Source: Prasinococcaceae sp. CCMP 1430 (taxonomy: Eukaryota; Plantae; Prasinodermophyta). Taken from it: 64,000 nucleotides of DNA. A program made the translations under genes and the position numbers. The stretch lies in NCBI GenBank assembly GCA_013416795.1, contig RQSC01000908.1:1339-65338 (forward strand), written 5' to 3'. Shown here one piece after another: positions 13,589-22,753 of this stretch. Below the pieces are notes generated by a model. It made no database searches. It worked only from the letters and a program-made list of their open reading frames with translations, and had not been told where the DNA came from. Within the stretch, counting starts at the first letter, position 1, and each line of letters opens with the position of its first letter.

Positions 13589-14808
13589 CCATGCCCGGTG
13601 AGGGGTGCGTGGGCATCTCAGGGGCGAAGAGAGGGTGCGCCTCCGCTCGTCCTGCCGCCTGGAGCTGCCACACGACCAGTACCTGCGTCGCCATCCACGC
13701 GCCCACGAAGAGTGTGAGAATGCCGTTCGAGCCTCCGGTCACAACGGAGTAGACGCCCAAGGCGGAGACCGCACACGCGATGGGGGCAGCGACATAGCAC
13801 GTCCAGCGTGCAGCGCGCTGGGCGGGCAACCCGCGCATGAGCAGAGCGCTCGCGAGCACGCGCCCGCCGTCGAGTGGGTACGCGGGGAGGAGGTTGAAGC
13901 ACAGCAGCGACACCTGACATTTCGATCCGCGCCGAGAAAGGCGGCGCGGCCAATCCCGTCAGCGCTGCGCAGCGGTCGAGGCGCGAGCGCAGGGCAGGCG
14001 GGCAACGTGGGCGCCGCTGCTGAAAGTGCGCGTACCTGCATCACGACTCCGCCGGCCAACCAGTTGCAAAGGAGGTTGTCCCAGCCAGCGACGTCGCGCA
14101 GCTGCACGCTCGCGCCACCGCAGGCGAGCTGCAGCAGCAGCAGGAAGCCGGCCATCGGAACGTGCGTCGCCGGCCCTGCGAGGGCGACTTTGAGCCTCGC
14201 AGCGTGGCCCGCGCCGTTCGTGTCGCACTCGGCGAGGCCGCCGAGGGGCCAAAGGGTGATTCGCCGACAGCTCCCGCCGACGCGGCGCGCCATAGCTGTG
14301 CGGCACGGGGGCGCGAGGAGCCGAGCGTGAGCAACCGGACGCAAGCGCAAGCGCGCGCTTGCACGGCGCGCGCTCCCAGTGCTGAGCGAGATCGCGTGCA
14401 CGTACCGGCATGGCCTAGCTCGTGGATGAGCACGGTCGCGAACAGCGTGATGCCGAGAAGCAGGCCGAGCACAAAGCCCGCCGGGCCACCCGCGATCGCG
14501 TACGCCACCGCCTCAAGCGCGACCACGGCTGGCAGCAGGAGATGCACGTAAAGGTCAGCGCCACCGACCGCGCCTGCGCGCGCGACCCACCGCTCTGCGC
14601 CCGCGGGCAGCGATGCGTCCGACGCGCCCCCGCTGCTGCCCTGCTCGCCGCGCGAAAAGAGGTTGGTCCCGGCCGTGTGCGCAGACGCGGCACCCTCGCC
14701 CATGGCGCAGGCCGCTCCCCCACCAGGCGCGTGGATTGCACCGCAGCGCTCGCAGGGCGCGCAGTGTGCCGCCCCCAGAAGCCCGCATACCTGATGGTAC
14801 ATCGCCAT
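13584..14808 (-). CDS. Site-2 protease family (peptidase M50) intramembrane Zn metalloprotease. Exons ~14808..14406, 14295..14036, 13913..13584; start uncertain
   Basis: TVLIHELGH zinc motif in a TM helix, RITLWPLGGLA, KVALAGP and NLLPAYPLDGGRVL (NPDG motif). Two in-frame GT-AG introns. Confidence 0.9.
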
Positions 14809-14944
14809 GCATGGCCGCGCGCCGCCGGCGCTGCGGGAAAAACGGCGCCAGCTCAGCAGCGACGATGCATGCGCATGCGGGTGCCACACCACCGCGCGCT
14901 GCGGCGGCGGCAGGAGGGAAGAGGGGGGAGGAGAGGGCCGAGAA

Positions 14945-16749
14945 ATGGCCCTCCCACGGCGCGGGGGGCGCGCCGCGCACCGCGGCGCGGCAGCGGCCGC
15001 GGCCGCGCTGCTCACAGCGGCGCGTGGGACGCGTGCACTCGACAACGGCTTAGCGCGCACGCCGCAGATGGGCTACAACACGTGGAACGACTATAGGTGC
15101 AAGGACATCAACGCTACCAACATCGCCGCCGTCGCCGACGCGATGGTCAGCAATGGCCTCAGGGACGCAGGTGCGCGCGGGAGGGATCGTGTCTCTCGGC
15201 GAGCGGCGCGTGCGCACGCGGCCGTGCCGGGTGCTGACAGCGCGCGCCAACGCGGGTGACGCGCGGCCGTGGCCGCAGGCTACCAGTACGTGAACGTCGA
15301 TGACTGCTGGGCGGTGACGCGCGACCCGCACACGTACGAGCTCGTGCCGGATCCGCAGGCCTTCCCCGAGGGCATCAAGGCCGTCGCCGACTATGTGCAC
15401 TCGAAGGGGCTGCGCTTTGGCATCTACACTGATCGCGGGTACAAGACCTGCGCAGGGAGGCCCGCGTCGTCCGGCTGGGAGGGCGTGGATGCCGCCACGT
15501 TCGCCTCGTGGGGCGTCGACTACCTGAAGGAGGTAGGCGCGCCACAGCGTGCGCGAGTGCACGGCGGATGAGTTTGCGCACGCCATCTTAAACGTGAGGC
15601 TGACGCTCGCGGCGCGCGCCGCCCTCGGCGCAGGACTCGTGCAATGCGGACAGCGTCAACCACGAGGTGGCCTTCGCCGACTACGGACGCATGCGCGACG
15701 CGCTCAACGCGACGGGTCGCCCCATACTGTTCTCGCTTTGCGGCTGGCACGACTGGTACTCACCAGTGGGCGCCGCGCTCGGAAACAGCTGGCGCATCAG
15801 CGGCGACGTCAACAAATGGCCAAGTGTCTACGCTTCCGCCATGATCAACGCCGAGCTCAGCGCCAACGCCGGTCCTGGCGCCTGGAACGACCCTGTGCGT
15901 GTGCTGGCGCGCGCGCGCGCGCGGCGCATATGAGGTCTTGCGCGCGCCGGCGCGTCGGTCCGGGCGCGCGAGCGACAGAAGGGACACAGGCGAGAAGACA
16001 GAGAAAAACAGATTCGCTCGCATAGAGGGGCGCGCGGCCTGTGGCGACACGTGGCTCGTCGCCTCGAACGCTCCTGACCCTGCGCGCCGCGGCACGCGCG
16101 CGGGTGCGCGGGCGCTTGGTGCCCACGACAGGACATGCTCGTGGGATCTTCCCCTGCAGCCGCAATGTACAATACGCAGGAGCAGAGCCGGACGCAGTTT
16201 TCGCTCTGGGCGGCGATGGCAGCTCCTCTGCTCATCGGATCGAACGTCATCGGCCTCACGAAGTACGACCTCGAAACATACACTAATGCAGAGGTCATCG
16301 CCGTGAACCAGGACGCGCTCGGGGAGCAGGCGACCATCATCAAGGACAACTGCCCCGAGCGCACCTTGGAGCAGCTGCAGGCGTGGCGTGACCCCGCCCG
16401 CTCTCTCGACGAGCTCGTAGCGGGCTCCGGTGGGGTTCCCGAGTGCACGCAGGTGTGGGCGAAGCCGCTGTCGGACGGATCAGCCGCGTTGGTGCTGATT
16501 AATTGGAGTGGGCCGTCGACAGTGGTCGAGTGCGACGACGCGTGCGTGCGCGCCGCGGGCGTCGACGCAGGCACGGTCAGCGCATACGATCTTTGGGAGC
16601 ACCGGGACCTCGGTGTGATGGACACCGTGAAGGTGCCGGTCGGCGCCGACGGCGCGTCGGCGATGGTCCGCGTATCGAGCGCCGCAGGCGTCGCGAGGTT
16701 TGCGCAGGGCGCTGTGCCGCGCGGCGCGCTGAGCGCCGCTGTAAGGTGA
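14945..16749 (+). CDS. Secreted alpha-galactosidase, glycoside hydrolase family 27. Exons 14945..15170, 15279..15532, 15634..15894, 16132..16749
   Basis: A signal-like N-terminus precedes [32 protein letters not shown]|DSC (nucleophile Asp), WRISGD (acid/base Asp), WNDP|DML and AVNQD are present. Three in-frame introns. Confidence 0.96.
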
Positions 16750-17017
16750 GCGCCGCGTGTGCGCAGCTTATTGATTTCCCGCGAGAGCGCGCGCACGGCG
16801 TCGACGCCCCTCGCTCGGAGAGTCCGCGCGGCGCGACCTGCGTGCCTGCTGCGCCGTTTGGCGGACCCCGTTTGGCGCCGCGTCTGTAATTATTGCACAC
16901 GGCCCGCTGCGCACTTGGTGCGTCCTTATGGGGGCATGTTTGTGTGTACCCGTTTGCGGGCCAGCAAAGGGGGGCGGGGGCTAGTGCTACGTAGGGGGTG
17001 CTGCTCTGCTGCCCGAA

Positions 17018-19318
17018 CTACCACGTCGCTAGCAAGAAGAAATACGTAGCTAGCGCTAAGACCACTTGGCCAACGAACTCTCGGTCAAGTCTCACGACGC
17101 CAGCGATCACGACGCAGGGCGGGGATCGCAGAGCTGCTCCGCGCAAATCCGCAAGCTGCGCGTGCGCTTCCAGCGAAGCAAAACGAGCGCTCGCGAGGCT
17201 GGCAGCTTGGCGCGTCGTTGGCGGTGCGATCACCGCGCCGCGCGCGCTTCCGTCCGAGCGCATCGTCGAGCCTGCCAAGGCAAGAGCAGGTACCTTTTGT
17301 CCCCTGGAGAATACTGAAGGCGAGTGCGAGGACGAGCGCGCGCTCCCGGACTCAGGGTGTTGTTGTGAATCACAATGATTGGTCGCCTCTCTTGCCCCTG
17401 ACCCGGAACTTCCTGCGGAATATGGCGCCAAACGCGCTGGCGACAGCGGCGCCGGCGAGCGCGCCGTCGGTGACACCCCCCCGCCGCCGCCAGAGTTTTC
17501 GCTCCATCCGTTCGAGCGCGTGCTTCCGTGCTCAGGCGCACCGGGCCGGGTGATCGCAGTGTAACGCTGGATCACCATCGGCTGGTCTAGACACGATGCA
17601 AGCTCACCAGCGGCGTCGCTCACCTCCACGCCGGCCCTCAGCAGTGCGGAGAGAGCCACCAAATCAATGACGCCCCAGCCGCTGACCACGAACAATTGCG
17701 ACGGCGACATACCCACGAAAAGAACAGAGTAGAGCCCGAAGATGGCGAGAGCGACTGCGCCGAACACGAAGATGGTCAGGAAAGGGGAGGTGAGCTCCGA
17801 TATCTGCTGGCACGCGGTCGTGGCGGTATGGAGCCACTCATGCGCTCGCGGCAGCGCGATGCTGCCTCCTTCGAGAGCCATGCGGAGCTCATGTTGCTGC
17901 GCGGAGAGGGCGCGGCAGGCGCCCCCGAACTTGGCCAGTGGCACCATCCACGCGTACGAGCGCGCAATGTGAAGCACAAACGGCACGCCCTCAGAGAGTA
18001 TGTTGGACCAGCACCCGTCCTCGCGCGAGATGAAAGGCTCGAGGCTCCACGCCATGTGGTGCACGAAGGCGGTCACGCGTGCGCCTCGGTCGAGCCAGCC
18101 GTACTCGTACGCAGCCGCGTGCAGGATGTACCCCCCCGCGCCCAACACGGCAAGGCAGAGGAGGTGCCGCCGGGCCAGCGCCAGCGTGCGCTGCCGGGCT
18201 TGCTCAGCCGCGCACAGTCGCGCGCCGGTGCGATTGAAGCCGTCGCCGATGATCTTGTGTGGTGCGCCCGCCCTGGCCGCCCTCAAGTTGCGATCGCGTG
18301 ACGAGCTGGCGGTCCCGGCATCCTGCTGCAGCCCTGCTCGCTGGCGGCGCTCGCACCAACCCATGGCGAGCTCTCCGATCTGGCGCATGTCGTGTCTCAG
18401 TGGCGCGAGGAGCATGAAGCACAACGCCGCGGTCGAGACAATGAACCAAAGAGTGCACATGGCGATGAACGTCAGATCTTGGCGCGAGAGGTCGAGATCC
18501 TCAAAGGGCCGATCGTGCCCGTCATTTGCGTCCTCGGATTGTCGACTACTGCCGCGCGGCAGCAACGGCGCTGGCGGCAGGAACATCGCCTTGCGCGCCG
18601 CGACACGTTCGATGCGCCGGGCGGTGGCAGCAGTGCACTCTTCTCGCAAGACGACAGCTTCGCGCTCGAGCTCCAGCTCTGCAACCGATTTCACGAGCCA
18701 CAGTTTCCTGGTGGCCTCGATCTCGGCGGCGACCGCTTCCTCTGTCTCGAGTGCCCGCGCGCACACGTGCCTCTCCCAGGCGGCCGTGGCCGCGCGCTTG
18801 AGCGCTGAAGTATCGTTCACGTATGCGGACAGCGCCGCGCGCACGCCTCCAAATTCCAGCAGCAGGTCGGCAGCGGACGGCAACTCCGACACGTGGCGAT
18901 TCTCCGTAATTATGCTCAGCCGTGCGAAGTGTGGGGGCAGCTGTACGCCGAAGAAGTGCACGCTGCGCGCAGTGGCGACCGCGGCACCCCGGCTGGTCGG
19001 GGCGCACGCGTCGTTGACAGTGTCGTCCGTGTCGAGTAGAAAGTCATGCACAACGGGCGCGAGCCTCTCCGCGCCCGCGCCCAAGGGGGCGCTGGCACGA
19101 CCCTCGCCGCCAGCCTGGTCCCAGGCGCTGGGGCACTCGTCAATCACAGCCTCGCGCAGAATGCCATCCACGAGGAGGAGCACGCGCCCCAGGTCGAGCA
19201 GGGCGAGCAGCGCCAAGAACATGGCAGCGCATCGCCGGCGCGCCGACGCGACGGGCGTTGCGTCCAGAGCGCTCACCAGCCCCCACTCATCCCCCGCCTG
19301 CTGTGCGGGCGACGCCAT
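17018..19318 (-). CDS. Multi-pass membrane protein with 7TM chemoreceptor / gustatory-receptor-like (GRL, 7TMIC) topology
   Basis: Single-exon ORF from MASPAQQ with about 7 hydrophobic segments. The C-terminus VVIAGVVRLDREFVGQVVLALATYFFLLATW* resembles the Gr TM7a/TM7b signature (G.f.ldr.....h...hhTYhhhhhQF). Confidence 0.62.
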   Translation of the reverse strand: MASPAQQAGDEWGLVSALDATPVASARRRCAAMFLALLALLDLGRVLLLVDGILREAVIDECPSAWDQAGGEGRASAPLGAGAERLAPVVHDFLLDTDDTVNDACAPTSRGAAVATARSVHFFGVQLPPHFARLSIITENRHVSELPSAADLLLEFGGVRAALSAYVNDTSALKRAATAAWERHVCARALETEEAVAAEIEATRKLWLVKSVAELELEREAVVLREECTAATARRIERVAARKAMFLPPAPLLPRGSSRQSEDANDGHDRPFEDLDLSRQDLTFIAMCTLWFIVSTAALCFMLLAPLRHDMRQIGELAMGWCERRQRAGLQQDAGTASSSRDRNLRAARAGAPHKIIGDGFNRTGARLCAAEQARQRTLALARRHLLCLAVLGAGGYILHAAAYEYGWLDRGARVTAFVHHMAWSLEPFISREDGCWSNILSEGVPFVLHIARSYAWMVPLAKFGGACRALSAQQHELRMALEGGSIALPRAHEWLHTATTACQQISELTSPFLTIFVFGAVALAIFGLYSVLFVGMSPSQLFVVSGWGVIDLVALSALLRAGVEVSDAAGELASCLDQPMVIQRYTAITRPGAPEHGSTRSNGWSENSGGGGGVSPTARSPAPLSPARLAPYSAGSSGSGAREATNHCDSQQHPESGSARSSSHSPSVFSRGQKVPALALAGSTMRSDGSARGAVIAPPTTRQAASLASARFASLEAHAQLADLRGAALRSPPCVVIAGVVRLDREFVGQVVLALATYFFLLATW

Positions 19319-19693
19319 CTTCCAGCGCCGGGTGGCGCCGCACGCGCGAGCGGCGAGCGGCGAGCCCCCCACTTGCTCGCTCGCGCGCGCTGTGCCGCAA
19401 GTGCCGCGGACTTTCCCGCGCGCGCCGAAAATGCCCCCGCCGCATTATTATTGCCGGTGAAAGACGAACCTTCATCAATTTGAAGGCGCGAGTGTTAGAG
19501 TGCGCTTGCGGAGCATGGCATGGTACAGTACAAAAAATTGGACTAGGACTACAGGAGAGCAGGGTGACGGGTGCTAATGGGCGCAGCGCCGCAAGTGCTC
19601 TGTGCTGCACTGCCGAGGTGCGCCCGAGCGCCGTCCGAGCCACCTCCGGAGCGCCGCGCGGCGCCCTCGCAGGATCTCGGCGGGCGCACCGCG

Positions 19694-20267
19694 TCAGATC
19701 CACTGCCCCTCTTCGCTCTGCTCTCCACCCCCACCAGCGCGGGACGCAGCCCCATCCCCTGCGGGGTCGGCGCCGGCCGCGTCCGCGCCAGCGGCAGCGC
19801 CCCGCTCGGCGTCCGCGGCGCCGAGCACCTCGAGAACGACCTTGCCGCCGGCCTTTCCGATGGCTGCGTTGAGCTCGGCCACGGTTTTGACGTACTTGGC
19901 GATCACCTGCGCTGGCGCGAGCGGACGGGGTCAGTGCACGCCCTCGCGCCCTTTCGCGGGCGCAGGCATGTGACGGCAGGCACGCGACGGCGGGCAGGCT
20001 CGTGCGCAGCACAAGGCCGGCGCGCACGCGCAATCCTCGCCCGTCCCGCGAGGGTGGGCAGGCTCGGCGGGGCCGGCGGTCGCGCAATCCCGCGCGTGCA
20101 TCCCTCCGCACCTGCTCGTTTTCGCTGATGGCGTCTTTGAAGTCGGCGTCGTCCGGCGCGTCTCGCAGGGCTTCGGCGAGCTCACGCTGCGAGCGCCGCA
20201 GGTGGCGCAGCGCCGTCAGGAGGCGATCGCGCTCCGCCTCGAGCGGCGCAGACGCAGGCTCGGCCAT
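19694..20267 (-). CDS. Small two-exon helical protein of unknown function. Exons 20267..20112, 19906..19694
   Basis: ATG, GT-AG intron with phase-0 join ENEQ|VIAKY, and an amphipathic helical sequence LLTALRHLRRSQRELAEAL...DFKDAISENEQVIAKY, 122 aa. Confidence 0.7.
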
Positions 20268-20948
20268 GCTCGCCCGCCCTCTGCCCTCCTCTGCCTCCTT
20301 TTGCCGCCCACGGCTCGGCTTCTCGCGCCTTCACGCGCCCCTCACTCACAGCGGCCTGCGATCGCCAGCGCCCGCGCCGGCGCCTGCGACGGGCCTGGTG
20401 CGCGCCGCCCCCTCAACGCAGCTCGGGCGGCAGCTCAAAGCGACAAGGGCACCACCGGGACGGGGCGTGGGGTGCGGTGGAGCGAGGCGGTGCTGCGGCG
20501 GGCTGTGGCACACGTCGCGCCGCGAGCGAACAGCGCGCGCCCGGAGCGCAGCACACGCTCGCGGATCTGATACCAGGGTGCTCGCGGCGAAAGCGGGCGC
20601 GAGCCCGGAGAGCCACGGGGCTGGAAGTGGCGTGAATGCGCGGGCGAGACCGGGGAGAGAGGGAGAGGGCCGGCTGCTGCGCAGCGGCGGACGCGCAGCG
20701 GCTGACATACACGCGCTCGGGGCTGCGGCCGGGCTGTCGAGGTTGTCCTTTCCTCCCCGCACCCCCTGGTCGGCCTCTGAGGGACCCGCGCAACCTCCGC
20801 AATCTCGCCCCCATCGGATGCGCCCTGCGCGCGCAGCGCGCGAGGCCAGCGGCGCGATCACCAATGCCGCACATTACCCAACACGCCGCAGCGCCGTGCG
20901 CGCGGGCCGCTCGCCTCGCAGCACCCGCGCTTGCCACGGGCATCCGCC

Positions 20949-21572
20949 TCACTGCCACTCCGGCACCTTGCTCATGATGTTCTCGTCCTCCTCCCTGAGC
21001 ACGTTGTCGATGAGGCCGTAGTCGACGGCCTCGTCGGGCGTGAGGTACAGCGAGCGCGACATGTCCTTGTCCAGCACCTCGGCGGTCTTGCCGCAGTTCT
21101 TGCCCATAATGTCGCAGTACTCGTCCTTGATCTTGCGCAGCTCCAGACGCTTGATCTGGATGTCGGTCGCCTGCAGGTTTGTGAACTGCTGGATGGGCTG
21201 CTTGAGCATGATGGAGCTCGACGGCAGCGCCGAGCGGCAGCCCTTCTTGCCGCTCGACAGCAGCAGCGCCGCCTCACCCCAGGCGTTGCCCACGCACAGC
21301 GTGTGGACGGGCGGCTTCACGTACTGAATGGTGTCGTAGATGGCGAACGCCTCCGCCTCGTAGCCGAGCTTCTCGCCCTTCTTGGTCGTGCCGGTCGAGT
21401 TGATGTACAGGTAGATGGGCTTGTTGGGGTCGTCGTACTGGAGGTACAGCAGCTCCGCGAGGATGAGCTCGGTGACCGAGGGCACGAGCGTCATGCCAAT
21501 GTACACGATGCGCTCCTTGAATAGGAACGACGGCAGGTCGGGCGGCGCCTGCTCGTTGGCCGCGCCCGAGAG
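20949..21572 (-). CDS. CLPR4: Plastid Clp protease non-catalytic subunit ClpR4-like; 5' exon(s) missing
   Basis: EQAPPDLPSFLFKERIVYIGMTLVPSVTELILAELLYLQY...PIYLYINSTGTTKKGEKLGYEAEAFAIYD...VGNAWGEAALLL matches the ClpR4 type, which lacks the catalytic Ser. An acceptor ccgcag is at 21573-21578; no transit-peptide exon was found. Confidence 0.9.
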   Translation of the reverse strand, partial: LSGAANEQAPPDLPSFLFKERIVYIGMTLVPSVTELILAELLYLQYDDPNKPIYLYINSTGTTKKGEKLGYEAEAFAIYDTIQYVKPPVHTLCVGNAWGEAALLLSSGKKGCRSALPSSSIMLKQPIQQFTNLQATDIQIKRLELRKIKDEYCDIMGKNCGKTAEVLDKDMSRSLYLTPDEAVDYGLIDNVLREEDENIMSKVPEWQ

Positions 21573-21599
21573 CTGCGGCAGCACGGCGGCGGCGACGCG

Positions 21600-22573
21600 G
21601 TGCGGCCGTACACGCCCGTGGCGGAGACGCCGGCGGAGGAGGGGGAGGGGGAGGACGGCGGCGGCGGCGACCGCGCGGGCAGCTTCACGCTGCTCGTGAA
21701 GCGGTACGCGGCGTGGGGCGACCCGCGGCACGCGCACTCCTACCGCCCGGCCGGCGCGGTGTCCAACCACGTCTTCGGCCTCGTGCCGGGCGTCGACAGC
21801 CTCGAGTTCAAGCACGTGCCCGGAAACGTGAAGCTGCCGTACGCGCACCCGTGCGGCGCGAGGGGCTTCCGCACGGCGGCGGGCGAGCGCGTGCGCACGA
21901 TCACGATGGTGGCCGTCGGCGTGGGGGTCGCGCCCATGGCGCAGGCGCTGCGCGAGATGCTCGACGACGGCGCCGACGACGACACGCGCGTCGTGCTGCT
22001 CTACGGCAACCGCAGCGTGCGCGACATCCTGCTGCGCGACACGCTCGACGAGTGGGAAGAGCGCCACCCGGAGCGCTTCAAAGTGGTGCACCACATCGGC
22101 TCCAGATTCGGTGCGCACTCGCGCGCCGCCAAGTCGCGCCCCGCTCTCGCCCCCTCCCTCCCTCCTTCCTCGCGCGTGGGCATGCCCTCTGACCGCTCCG
22201 ACCTCCCACCCACCAACACACGCCCCGTGCACACGCGCACATCCTCGCGCGCCGCGGCCGCCGCCCGGCAGGCTACAACGTCCACATGCACTTCGACGAC
22301 TGCCCGAAGGACTGCGGCAAGCCGTGCAAGAGGCGCCGCGTGCCGGTCCCAGAGGGCTTCGACACGCTGCGCGAGGACAGGCGCGAATTCAGCTGGGTAA
22401 ACGAGGACACAATACGGAGGCACGCGTTCCCACCGGCGTGCGACACCAAGGTCTTCGTGTGCGGCCTCCCGTCGGTGTACGACAAGCTCTGCGGCCCGCG
22501 CGGCGCGCCGCTCGCGCAGGGCTCTGCGCTAGCCAACCTGGGCTACACGGACGACATGATCCTCAAGTTCTAG
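21600..22573 (+). CDS. FAD/NAD(P)-binding oxidoreductase, cytochrome b5 reductase/FNR family; 5'-truncated. Exons <21600..22110, 22272..22573
   Basis: VRPYTP FAD-binding motif, LLVKRY, GAVS, ITMVAVGVGVAPM, VVLLYGNRSVRDILL, VFVCGLP and C-terminal MILKF*. One in-frame intron. Confidence 0.88.
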
Positions 22574-22753
22574 TCGCGTACACGGCCCTTCTCGACCGCT
22601 AACAAGCCTCTCAGGCACGTAATAATTGACGGGCGCACGCACGCACGCGCAGGCATGCGCACGCGGGCGCGCGGGGCCACGGGCGGCGCCGGCGCGTGCG
22701 ACAACGGCACAGCAACAACGACAATATACATGGGCGGCGGTCGCCGTCGGGCC

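Noticed and set aside
20949-21572. Loss of the catalytic triad in a ClpP-like protein
   Set aside because: This is normal for ClpR subunits and not novel.
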